This document shows positions 52,257 through 61,717 of a stretch of DNA of 64,000 bases, piece by piece (the stretch's first letter is position 1; each line of letters begins with the position of its first letter). The translations under genes and the position numbers were made by a program. The stretch spans positions 4,448,001-4,512,000 of the forward strand of contig OY970166.1 in the NCBI GenBank assembly GCA_963706595.1. The letters run 5' to 3'. This stretch comes from an uncultured cyanobacterium (GTDB taxonomy: Bacteria > Cyanobacteriota > Cyanobacteriia > Cyanobacteriales > Nostocaceae). The notes beneath the pieces were generated by a model, which had not been told where the DNA came from, did not search any database, and saw only the letters and a program-made list of their open reading frames with translations.

Positions 52257-53761
52257 CTGGAGTTTAGACTAAATAGCCGAATTCAAAGGAAAAAATAAGG
52301 GGTGTGATTGAACACAGTCCCCCTATTAGCAGAAACTGAGAGCAGAACTACCAACTCTCATCTGCCAATATGAAATGTGCCAAACTAAAAGAATTCCGTC
52401 AAGCCGCGTACAACCACTTAGGTAGAGCGCATGACGTAACTTTTGAACTAATGGATGCAATATTGCTGACTCGTAACGCTTACAGTTTGGCAGATTTATC
52501 GCTATCGCCAGTATTTAGACGCAAGTGGCCAAGTATTTATGAGGCATTACAAGATAGCAGACCACAGCGACAAAAGTTGATGCAGTTATACATCAAACAG
52601 GTGACAACGCAGGAACGTCTGTTGTTAGTAGGTGACCATACGGCCTGGTCGCGCCCGGACGCGGTAACCCTACAGGAAAGGACAATTGAACATAGCAGTG
52701 TCACAGTAGCGGGAAACAAACCAATTACCATTGGTCACGGATATAGCACCATTGCTTGGATACCAGAAGATTCGGGTAGTTGGGCGTTACCCTTGAGACA
52801 TGAGCGAATTACGAGTTGGGAAAACCCGATACAGAAGGCAACTTGGCAACTACAACAAGTGTGTGAAAATTTACCAACTAGACCAATTTCGGTTTGGGAC
52901 AGTGAGTATGGCTGCGCCCCTTTTCTGTTGAAGACGGCCAACATCAAAGCAGACATTCTTGTCCGTTTGCGTTCAAATCTTTGTTTATGGAATGCACCGC
53001 CACCATATTCTGGAAAGGGAAGACCCAGAAAGCACGGTGAGAAATTTAAACTGAATGAATCCTCTACATGGAACGAAGTCACTCAAAGTTTAGAGGTGAA
53101 CCATCCCAAGCTAGGAAGAGTCAAGGTGAGGTTATGGTCAAATTTACATTTCCGTAAAACTGCTACACGCCCCATGTCTCTTATCAGGGTTGAACGTCTA
53201 GATGAGCAAGGCAATTTGAAGGTATCAAAACCTTTGTGGTTGGCTTGGGTTGGGGAACAAATGCCGACCTTAGAAAAAGTTTGGCAACTTTACTTGCGTC
53301 GCTTTACTGTTGAACATTGGTATCGTTTTTTAAAGCAACGCCTACACTGGACATTGCCCAAGCTTAGTACGCCTAAGCAATGTGACCGTTGGAGTGACCT
53401 TATGCCTCTGATGACTTGGGAATTATGGTTGGCTCGTGATAACGTTATTGACAACCCCCTACCTTGGCAGAAGTCATTAGACAAAATGACCCCTGGAATG
53501 GTTGCCCAGGCGATGGGGAGTATTTTTGCAGTGATTGGTACTCCTGCCCGTTCACCCAAACCTCGTGGAAAGTCTCCAGGCTGGAAGACCGGACAACCAC
53601 GCCAACGTAGAATTCGCTATCCCATAGTCAAAAAGACTACAACCAAGCCCCGCAAAAAGCAGCCAGAACCTGTTTAGGGTTGTAGATTTTCATGCCAGAA
53701 GCCTGTTTCTTTTCAACTCAGCGTTGCTGGGTCGTTTCTTGTTGCTTAGTCTAAACTCCAG
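52257..53761 (+). mobile_element. Complete insertion sequence (1505 bp, IS701-like DDE transposase)
   Basis: Perfect 16-bp TIRs CTGGAGTTTAGACTAA / TTAGTCTAAACTCCAG and a 6-bp target duplication TACCGT (52251-52256, 53762-53767). Confidence 0.93.
52370..53677 (+). CDS. DDE transposase
   Basis: GDHT, WDSEYG, YLRRFTVEHWYRFLKQ, GRPRKHG; lies inside the TIRs. Confidence 0.92.
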   Translation: MKCAKLKEFRQAAYNHLGRAHDVTFELMDAILLTRNAYSLADLSLSPVFRRKWPSIYEALQDSRPQRQKLMQLYIKQVTTQERLLLVGDHTAWSRPDAVTLQERTIEHSSVTVAGNKPITIGHGYSTIAWIPEDSGSWALPLRHERITSWENPIQKATWQLQQVCENLPTRPISVWDSEYGCAPFLLKTANIKADILVRLRSNLCLWNAPPPYSGKGRPRKHGEKFKLNESSTWNEVTQSLEVNHPKLGRVKVRLWSNLHFRKTATRPMSLIRVERLDEQGNLKVSKPLWLAWVGEQMPTLEKVWQLYLRRFTVEHWYRFLKQRLHWTLPKLSTPKQCDRWSDLMPLMTWELWLARDNVIDNPLPWQKSLDKMTPGMVAQAMGSIFAVIGTPARSPKPRGKSPGWKTGQPRQRRIRYPIVKKTTTKPRKKQPEPV

Positions 53762-54386
53762 TACCGTGATTAGTTGCGTCTATTGAAAATGCCAATCATC
53801 AGGTGTTGAACTTGGGGAGATTTTCCAACACCTTTTCGCTGAACTGTATTGAAGTGTGAACATAATTCGTAGTTAAGAACCCACAGATAAAGTCGATGGT
53901 TTGACATCAAGATGGCACTTTATTGTGGTTATGTCTCTTAAATTACAAATTATTCGGTCAGGATTTACGCGAGATTGCTTTCAGGCAAACAATATAAGTT
54001 GCCTCTTCTATTTTTATTTTCAGGTTTGCTTAGATTGATTCCGGAAGTTTTCTGGCTAAATACCTCAAATGTCTTGATTTCTGGTTATTTAGTGCGAAAT
54101 TACATCTGAGTCAGCACACAGGAACTGTTTAGATAAAAGTTTAGATTTGTTTAAGCGAACTACTTTCGTAATTATACTGGTACTGCTATATTAAATTTAG
54201 AACCCTGTTTTGGACATTGTTAGTTGGAGAGACGCGATAAATCGCCGTCTCTACAGAAAATATATCCGTCAATTAATTTTTGACACAATACTAGACTAAT
54301 GACAATACACATTAGTATGCCAAATTAACTAAAGAAATGCTTTCATTTAGTTTCCGCTTTGTCAGAATAAACATTGTAATAAATTT

Positions 54387-54569
54387 ATGGCTAAATCCGA
54401 TCCCGCAAAATTAAAAAATGTATCATTTAGTCTTCCGTTTGGCATTGGTTCTGTGGAGTGGGAAGCCGACCCAACAGAATGTAGAGCCGCTTGGTTACTT
54501 TACGTTGAATTAGTAACTCGCATTGCTGTTCAACGTTTAGAAATGGTAATTGCTGGAGTGAAGGAGTAA
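54387..54569 (+). pseudogene. Probable truncated gene fragment
   Basis: 60-aa ORF (SLPFGIGSVEW...AAWLLYVELVTRIAVQ) that looks like the N-terminus of a longer protein and ends 3 nt before the TIR start. Confidence 0.45.
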
Positions 54570-54572
54570 CCG

Positions 54573-55333
54573 ATGGAAAAGTTTGATGTTTTTCTTTGTC
54601 ACAATACTAAAGATAAGTCTGCGGTTATCGAAGTTGCCGAACAGCTAAAGCAATGCGGAATTGTACCCTGGTTGGATATTTGGCATTTACCCCCTGGTTT
54701 TCCTTGGCAACCTATACTAGAACAGCAGATAAACCAGATTGGAGCAGCAGCAGTTTTTGTGGGGGGATCAGGAATTGCCCTTGGCAGATTCAAGAAATCG
54801 ATGCATTTCTACGAGAATTTGTGAAGCGGCAATGTCCGGTTATTCCGGTACTTTTACCGGATGCTCCAACAGAACCAAAATTGCCTCCATTTCTCCAGGG
54901 TTTAACGTGGGTTGATTTCCGTTTAGAGTATCCTGAACCGATGGGACAGTTGACGTGGGGTATAACTGGACAGAAGCCACAGGGAAACTTACAGGTGGAT
55001 GATAAAAAGCCAGGAGAAGTATCGACAGAGAAATTTCTTGAAAATACAAAATCTCTGCCTAAACCTATTAGATGGAATGATCAAAAAAGACAAGAATTAA
55101 TTAAGATTGTCGAGAACGTATTTGAAGAAGAAGAATTAAAGACTATATGTTTGAATAATCGAGAAATATTACATGGAAATCCTTATAGTAAAATTCAAGG
55201 AAATACAATTAGTAACAGATTGAATTATTTAGTTGATTATTTAATTAGAAAAAATTTGATTCAATCTTTTCTAGAAATACTTATTAAAGAAAGCGAATAT
55301 TTTGCTTCTTTATTAGAATTTTTACACGGATAA
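54573..55333 (+). CDS. TIR-domain effector with C-terminal EAD-like adaptor domain; frameshift at about 54777
   Basis: FDVFLCHN..DK, PWLD, AAVFVGGSGI/(G)PWQIQEI, VIPVLLP, WVDFR. One missing base in GGAATTGCCCTTGG splits the gene into two ORFs. Confidence 0.8.
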
Positions 55334-55569
55334 GTAAGTTTTCAGGAAAGCTTATAAGTTTACCATTGATTTTTACAAAATATGGAATTCAGAGATAACC
55401 AAAGACAAGAATTAATTAAAATTATCGAGAACGAATTTGAAGAAGAAGAATTAAAAACAATATGTTTGAATAATACAGAAAAATTACATGGAAATCCTTA
55501 TAATCAAATTCAAGGAAATACAGTTAGTAGTAGATTAAATTATTTAGTTGATTATTTAATTAGAAAAAA
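55086..55569 (+). repeat. 169-bp direct repeat (55086-55254 and 55401-55569) encoding a shared ~55-aa domain
   Basis: RQELIKIVENVFEEEELKTICLNN...RLNYLVDYLIRK versus RQELIKIIENEFEEEELKTICLNN...RLNYLVDYLIRK; 47/55 identical by manual count. Confidence 0.9.
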
Positions 55570-56908
55570 GCTAGTAGATAATTTTTTAGAGTTATGTCTT
55601 AAAGACCCAGCTAATCAAAAAACTGAACTAAATAAATTTTATTCACAAAGATTAAGATTAAGATTAAAAAAAATATTTCATAAGTATAATTTTCAGATTT
55701 TAATTAATCTTTTAGAGAAATTTAAGGAAGATAGATATGTAATTAGTTCTTACAATAATTATTTAGAAAACAATGATAGCCCAAAAGAAAAAATAACATT
55801 ATTTGATATATCACAACTAATTGATGATTTATTGATGTTGATGTGTTCCAATTCTTACGAAGAAAATCATATTTCTGATAACTCTCATGAATCTTGTTAT
55901 TTACTAGATTTCGTAGAAAAGTTTTTGTGTGAAATTGTATATATTCAAAATATTAAAGAGGATTTACAAAAATGGATTAGAACAAATTGTCCAGAAGTGA
56001 AATTTCCTAATGAGATAAAAAGTCAAGATTTAAATAATATGAATATTGCTAATTATCTTTTTTTTGTCATAGAACCAAAGACTGGAAATAATAACAAGAG
56101 AGAGTTTTTTATCAAAGCTCAATTTGCACAATTTGCAAATAATAAGACTCAGGAAAAAATCAGAGAATTTCCTATTGAGTTCAACACAAAAAAAGCACCT
56201 GAAACTTATGCGGAAAAACAAATCATTGACTTTGTATATCAAAGCATTCAAGCAATGACAGAAAAGCTTAAACTAGAAGGAATTGAATTATCTAGCTTAC
56301 CAATTATAGAATTATTTGTACCTATCAGTATTCTAGGCACAGAATTTGATGTTAAAAAAATTACTGGAGACTTTGATACAAAAATGCCTATTGGTCAGTT
56401 ATATCCATTAATTGTGCGCTCTTATGAGAGATTTTCTAAAGATAAAAATGATAGATTAAACATTGTGTGGCAAGAAAAATGGACATCGTTACAAGATTTT
56501 ATTAATAATGCTCATAATACTCAAGAATTTATAAACAACGTTAACAGTAATAAGCCTTGTATTTCTAATCTAACTGCTGACCCTTTCCCGAATTCAAGAA
56601 ACAGGCGTAAATTGTTTGAGCGCATTTTGTCTGAAGGTTTTCCTTTATGCTTATGGACTAGATACACAGAAACTAATCAAATTGATAATATTCACCAATA
56701 TTTTCAACTTATCTTAAACATAGATTCTCATCCTTTTCCTGATTTTTGTAAATTATATAAAATCTTGAGAAATATTCATGATATTCGCAAAGAATACATG
56801 AAAGAAAAAGACGATTTTGGTTATAAATTAGGAGTATTATTTGACCATTATAAAATACCAACAAAATCTAGTCAACTAATTTCACCTAATACAGCAATGA
56901 AGGTTTAG
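55382..56908 (+). CDS. VMAP-like (vWA-MoxR-associated) protein with N-terminal EAD-like domain
   Basis: YLFFVIEP, IIELFVP..L, IGQLYPLIVRSYER, WQEKW, GFPLCLWTR, LGVLFD; directly upstream of MoxR and very AT-rich. Confidence 0.75.
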   Translation: MEFRDNQRQELIKIIENEFEEEELKTICLNNTEKLHGNPYNQIQGNTVSSRLNYLVDYLIRKKLVDNFLELCLKDPANQKTELNKFYSQRLRLRLKKIFHKYNFQILINLLEKFKEDRYVISSYNNYLENNDSPKEKITLFDISQLIDDLLMLMCSNSYEENHISDNSHESCYLLDFVEKFLCEIVYIQNIKEDLQKWIRTNCPEVKFPNEIKSQDLNNMNIANYLFFVIEPKTGNNNKREFFIKAQFAQFANNKTQEKIREFPIEFNTKKAPETYAEKQIIDFVYQSIQAMTEKLKLEGIELSSLPIIELFVPISILGTEFDVKKITGDFDTKMPIGQLYPLIVRSYERFSKDKNDRLNIVWQEKWTSLQDFINNAHNTQEFINNVNSNKPCISNLTADPFPNSRNRRKLFERILSEGFPLCLWTRYTETNQIDNIHQYFQLILNIDSHPFPDFCKLYKILRNIHDIRKEYMKEKDDFGYKLGVLFDHYKIPTKSSQLISPNTAMKV

Positions 56909-56957
56909 AAATCTATATTGTAGTAATTAAATTATATATGAACACAAGGAGGAAACA

Positions 56958-58121
56958 ATGACTAAAAATAAACCAAAAAATGATTCAGAAAACCACAAAG
57001 ATTGGTATTTATTTTATGGCGATGGCAAAACTCATGTTAAAAAGATTGATGAACTTCCACCATCACCTCCTTGGCGAAAATTTTTAGATATTAAAAAAGA
57101 CTTAGAACTAGACAAAGAAATTAAAGAACAATGGGGAGAAATTCAAAAATTAGCAATCTCTGATGAAAATAAACGAGGTCGAGAAAAGGGTGAAAAATTT
57201 CGTGTTTCTAGTCAAGCAACAAAAGCAGATGATGACGAGTATACAAATAATACTAATATAACAGTATTAGATGCGGTAAATGCGGCGCTATATTTGCGAC
57301 GACCTCTTTTGGTTACAGGAAATCCCGGATCTGGAAAAACATCTTTAGCTTATGCGATCGCTCATGAATTACAATTAGGTTCTGTATTAACTTGGGCAAT
57401 TACTTCTCGTTCTACATTACAGGATGGATTGTATGATTATGATGCGATCGCACGACTCCAAGATTATCAGCTAAATAAAGACAACCTAGAGCAGAAACAA
57501 TCTTTTGATATTGGACAATATATCACATTGGGTCCAGTTGGTACAGCCTTTTTGCCATCTCTTCATCCTAGAGTATTATTAATTGATGAAATTGATAAAA
57601 GTGATATCAATTTACCTAACGATTTATTACATTTATTTGAAGAAGGTAAATTTGCCATACCTGAATTAGTCCGTTGGGCAGATACTTCTAAAATTGAAGA
57701 ATCTAAAATTGAAGAATCTAAAACTGTAAAAGTTCGTACAGAAGATTCAAATATTAAAGCTGCAATTAAAGCAGGTAGAGTAAATTGTTCAGAATTTCCC
57801 ATTATTATTATGACCAGTAATGGTGAACGAGATTTTCCTCCTGCATTTGTACGTCGGTGTCTGCGGGTAAAAATGCCAGATCCTGATCAACAATCTTTAA
57901 CAAACATAATTAAATCTCATTTTACTGATAGTAGTTTTACTCAGACTGAACAAAAAACTATTGAACTCATACAGACTTTTTTAGGGAAAGAAGAACAAGA
58001 ACGAGCAACAGATCAGTTATTAAATGCAGTTTACATGAGAAATAATCTTAGTTCTGAAGCTTTTACCCAAGATTTACAAGATTTATTGTTTAAAAGTTTA
58101 TCTGCGACTGATGAACAATAA
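56958..58121 (+). CDS. MoxR-family AAA+ ATPase (VMAP-type)
   Basis: PPWRKF, VNAALYLRRPLLVTGNPGSGKT, LLIDEIDKSDINLPNDLL, TSNGERDFPPAFVRRC, ATDQLLNA. Confidence 0.9.
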   Translation: MTKNKPKNDSENHKDWYLFYGDGKTHVKKIDELPPSPPWRKFLDIKKDLELDKEIKEQWGEIQKLAISDENKRGREKGEKFRVSSQATKADDDEYTNNTNITVLDAVNAALYLRRPLLVTGNPGSGKTSLAYAIAHELQLGSVLTWAITSRSTLQDGLYDYDAIARLQDYQLNKDNLEQKQSFDIGQYITLGPVGTAFLPSLHPRVLLIDEIDKSDINLPNDLLHLFEEGKFAIPELVRWADTSKIEESKIEESKTVKVRTEDSNIKAAIKAGRVNCSEFPIIIMTSNGERDFPPAFVRRCLRVKMPDPDQQSLTNIIKSHFTDSSFTQTEQKTIELIQTFLGKEEQERATDQLLNAVYMRNNLSSEAFTQDLQDLLFKSLSATDEQ

Positions 58122-58176
58122 AAACTTCAAAAATATTTTAGTCTGAGACAATTGGTATTGGAGTCAGCAAAAAACT

Positions 58177-61100
58177 ATGAGTGAGAAATTTGACCAGTTA
58201 ATTAGAGTATTACAAAAAGAATTAAAGCTAACTGGTACAGAAATCGCTGAAATTCTCTGGTTAGCACAACAAACCTCGTCTAATTTTTCTGGTCAAAAAA
58301 TACAAGATTCATCTAATGAACCAAAAACAATAATTAAAGATGTACCAGAAGATATACCAGCAGATATACCAAAAGACAGACCATTTGATATACTAAGTGA
58401 CCCACCCCCACCAACAAATGTTATTCAGCCAGAACCATCAACTGCTGTAGTTACTCCTCAAACCTCAAAGACATCTTCTGGTAGCGGTTTATCGATAAAG
58501 CTTCCTGACCGTTCATCTCTTCCTTATCCCTTAAAAATTGCTAAAGCATTACGTCCTTTAATTCAATATATTGCCTTTGGTAAAGCAGTTTTGTTAGATG
58601 AAAATGCCACAGTTGAACTGACTGCTGAATTAAATGGAGTCTGTATTCCTGTTCTGAAACCGCAACTAGAATTAAGATTTGATTTAACAGTAGTAATCGA
58701 TAAAAGTGATTCTATGATTTTTTGGCAAGGCATAACCAAAGAATTAGAACAAATTTTAAAACATTATGGTATTTTTCGCAATATTCAAACTTTTGGTATG
58801 GTGGAAAATGAGCAAGGAGATATTTGTTTAAGACAAGAAATAAGTAAAAAAAAATATTCAACTCAGAAATTAATTGATCCTAGTGGTCGTCGTTTAATCT
58901 TAGTAGTGAGTGATTGTGTTAGTGAAATTTGGCGCAATGGCAAAGCTTTTGATTTATTAAAAATTTGGGGTAAACATAATGTTGTAGCTATTGTGCAAAT
59001 GTTACCGGAAAAAATGTGGTTAAGAACTGGCTTGAGTTTAGGCACAATGGTACAGTTAGATAGTTTAATTCCCGCAGTATCCAATCGTAATTTATTCATT
59101 AAAGAAATTTTAATTTGGGATTATATTGATCAAAATTCTATCAAAGTTCCTGTTTTTAGCCTAACACAAAATTCTATAGAAACTTGGAGTCAAATGGTAA
59201 CAGGAAAAGGAAATATAGGTGCAGGTGGCTTTGCATTTTCTTCTCTTCAAGAGCAAGAGAAAGAAAGTGATGAGCAATCACAATTAACTATTGAAGAAAG
59301 AATACACAATTTTCGTGTGAGTTCCTCCCCCGTAGCCAGAAAATTAGCCAGTTTATTAGCGTCTGCACCTGTAATTAATTTGCCTGTAGTGCGTTTAATT
59401 CAAAATTTAATTAATAAAAATAATAATTTAGAACTTCCTCAAATTCATGTCATAGCTGAAGTATTTTTAGGTGGTATTTTAAAACCTACCAAAGAAATTA
59501 CACCAGATACTGACCCAGATTATGTTCAATATCATTTTATTGATGAAAAAATTAGAGATAGCTTACTTTCAGACAGTTCCAGAGTCAAGTCACGGGAAAT
59601 AATTGAAATTATTTCTGAATATTTTGCTAAACAACTGGGAAAAAATCTTAAAGAATTTTATGCGTTGTTAAAAAAGCCAGATGAGTTAGAAAAATTAAAA
59701 ACCGAGAAGAATGTTACAGATTTTGATGTCAAACATTTTGCCACTATCACTACCAAAGTTTTAAAACGTTTAGGAGGAGATTATGCTCGATTTGCTGAAG
59801 AAATTGAACAGTCTCAAAATCCACAACGAAAAGATACCGAACCTAGCATTTTTCAAGTATTTGCTGGAGAATACACTTGTTCAGTTAAATGGGGTGGAGA
59901 AACAGGTATTTGGCGTAAAGAATCACAACCAGAACATTTATGGATTTCTCCACAAGGTGAAGTGCAGTTTCGTTCTCGTTTTGGGTTGGCGGTAATTCAA
60001 AATTTAACTATAAATGAGCAAAGGTTATCTTGGAATTTTGGTGATAATCAAACTGCTGCTAGTATCACTTTTAAGGTAAATAGCGAAGATAGCTACTTTT
60101 GGGGAGATAATCAAACAGGAAAGTTATTTCAAGGATGGTTGAATTATCCCAAGGAAGGCAAAATAGATTTTCGAGGTAGGTTGGTAATTAGTGACCCATT
60201 ACAAGGTTTCCCTCCAATTCAAGATTTAACCTTTGAAGCCGTAAATATTTCTGTTGAGGATGATGATGTAAATTACAACCTGCAATCTTTTGAGTTTGAA
60301 GTTGCGCTCATCACAGGAATTAAAGAAGCTAATACAACTAATCCTATAGAAGTTGCTAATAATTTAGTATTTTCCCAGACAGAAAAACATTTGACTGAAG
60401 TTGAACAGCTAATTATACAAGAAACAATATCAGATAAAACTTATGAGCAAATCGCAGCATCATCAAATTGCTCTACAGAATACCTAAAAGAATTAGCATA
60501 TCGATTATGGGAAATTTTTTCAACAGCTTTGGGTGAAAAAGTTAATAAAAGAAATTTCAAGAATGTTATTCAACTGCAAGTAAATAATTCTCTAATAAAT
60601 ATTCGTCGTAGTCGTCAAACAGCCAATTATTTTATTGAAGAATTGAATGGTGTTCAACTAGAAATGGTGTCTATTCCTGAAGGCAATTTTACGATGGGGT
60701 CGCCAAAAGAGGAACCAGCGCGTTTTAGTGATGAAAGTCCTCAACACGAAGTAACTGTTCCAGCTTTCTTCATGGGCAAATACACAGTAACACAAGCACA
60801 GTGGCAAGCAGTGGCATATCTGCCGCAAGTTAACCGAGAACTAAAGCCTGACCCTTCTAAATTTAAGGGTGCAAATAAACCTGTAGAGCAAGTTTCTTGG
60901 TACGATGCAGTTGAATTTTGTCAGCGTCTTACTGCCCATACAAAAAGACAGTATCGCCTACCCAGCGAAGCAGAATGGGAATATGCCTGTCGTGCTGGAA
61001 CTACTAGCCCATTTCACTTTGGTGAGACAATCACATCAGAATTGGCTAACTATGATGCTACCTCCATTTATGGCAGGGGTGTAAAAGGAAGCTACAGAGA

Positions 61101-61422
61101 GGAGACTACACCTGTGGGCAGTTTTAAAGCAGCTAACAACTTTGGACTATACGATATGCACGGAAATGTATGGGAATTGTGTCTTGATGATTGGCATAGT
61201 AATTATGAAGGAGCGCCAGGAAATGGTAGTGCGTGGTTTGATGATAATAATAACCTTTCTCAAAAGCAAGGAAAAGCCTTACTGCGGGGCGGTTCCTGGG
61301 TCTACTCTCCTAAGTACTGCCGTTCTGCGTCTCGCAGCAACGATCTTAGGGCGGAGCGCGTCGATGTCAAATACAGTATCGGTTTTCGTGTTGTCTGTGC
61401 TGTTGGCAGGATTCTTCAGTAG
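58177..61422 (+). CDS. vWA-like (SAV_2336-type) protein with HTH and C-terminal FGE-sulfatase domain; probable DGR target
   Basis: EIAEILWLA, IAKALRPL, LDENATV, VVIDKSDSM, LILVVSDCVS..W, QMLPEKMW; HTH-like LTEVEQL...TYEQIA...LGEKVNKRNFK; full FGE motif set. Confidence 0.85.
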   Translation: MSEKFDQLIRVLQKELKLTGTEIAEILWLAQQTSSNFSGQKIQDSSNEPKTIIKDVPEDIPADIPKDRPFDILSDPPPPTNVIQPEPSTAVVTPQTSKTSSGSGLSIKLPDRSSLPYPLKIAKALRPLIQYIAFGKAVLLDENATVELTAELNGVCIPVLKPQLELRFDLTVVIDKSDSMIFWQGITKELEQILKHYGIFRNIQTFGMVENEQGDICLRQEISKKKYSTQKLIDPSGRRLILVVSDCVSEIWRNGKAFDLLKIWGKHNVVAIVQMLPEKMWLRTGLSLGTMVQLDSLIPAVSNRNLFIKEILIWDYIDQNSIKVPVFSLTQNSIETWSQMVTGKGNIGAGGFAFSSLQEQEKESDEQSQLTIEERIHNFRVSSSPVARKLASLLASAPVINLPVVRLIQNLINKNNNLELPQIHVIAEVFLGGILKPTKEITPDTDPDYVQYHFIDEKIRDSLLSDSSRVKSREIIEIISEYFAKQLGKNLKEFYALLKKPDELEKLKTEKNVTDFDVKHFATITTKVLKRLGGDYARFAEEIEQSQNPQRKDTEPSIFQVFAGEYTCSVKWGGETGIWRKESQPEHLWISPQGEVQFRSRFGLAVIQNLTINEQRLSWNFGDNQTAASITFKVNSEDSYFWGDNQTGKLFQGWLNYPKEGKIDFRGRLVISDPLQGFPPIQDLTFEAVNISVEDDDVNYNLQSFEFEVALITGIKEANTTNPIEVANNLVFSQTEKHLTEVEQLIIQETISDKTYEQIAASSNCSTEYLKELAYRLWEIFSTALGEKVNKRNFKNVIQLQVNNSLINIRRSRQTANYFIEELNGVQLEMVSIPEGNFTMGSPKEEPARFSDESPQHEVTVPAFFMGKYTVTQAQWQAVAYLPQVNRELKPDPSKFKGANKPVEQVSWYDAVEFCQRLTAHTKRQYRLPSEAEWEYACRAGTTSPFHFGETITSELANYDATSIYGRGVKGSYREETTPVGSFKAANNFGLYDMHGNVWELCLDDWHSNYEGAPGNGSAWFDDNNNLSQKQGKALLRGGSWVYSPKYCRSASRSNDLRAERVDVKYSIGFRVVCAVGRILQ
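61282..61422 (+). repeat. VR-like region 2
   Basis: 141 nt, collinear with 62423-62563; nonsynonymous differences cluster in NNY codons. Confidence 0.65.
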
Positions 61423-61501
61423 CCCTTTATACTTTTTCTCTTTTGTCCTTTACCCTTCTTTTTTTCCTTTTTTAGCGGAGCGATCTTTTTTTAAAAAATA
61501 C

Positions 61502-61629
61502 AGTAAGTCGGCACAAATAAACTTAACTATGTAACAGAATGTAAAAACCCCAAAACTCTTGCGATTGCTTCATTCCACTTCGTTCCATTCGCAATGACAT
61601 ACATTGAAATTTTTACGCCGACCTACTTA
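61502..61629. mobile_element. MITE-like element, same TIR family as 49189-49330
   Basis: AGTAAGTCGGCACAAATAA ... TTTTACGCCGACCTACTTA. Confidence 0.6.
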
Positions 61630-61717
61630 TTACACTTGATAATTATTAAAAAATCGTATTTTGGGATATAACCCGAATTAGACGCAAACTTAATTAAAAA
61701 TTTATTAAATATAGTCA

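Noticed and set aside
57687..57722. 15-bp tandem duplication (SKIEE x2) in MoxR
   Set aside because: In-frame slippage in a probable loop; nothing suggests a function.
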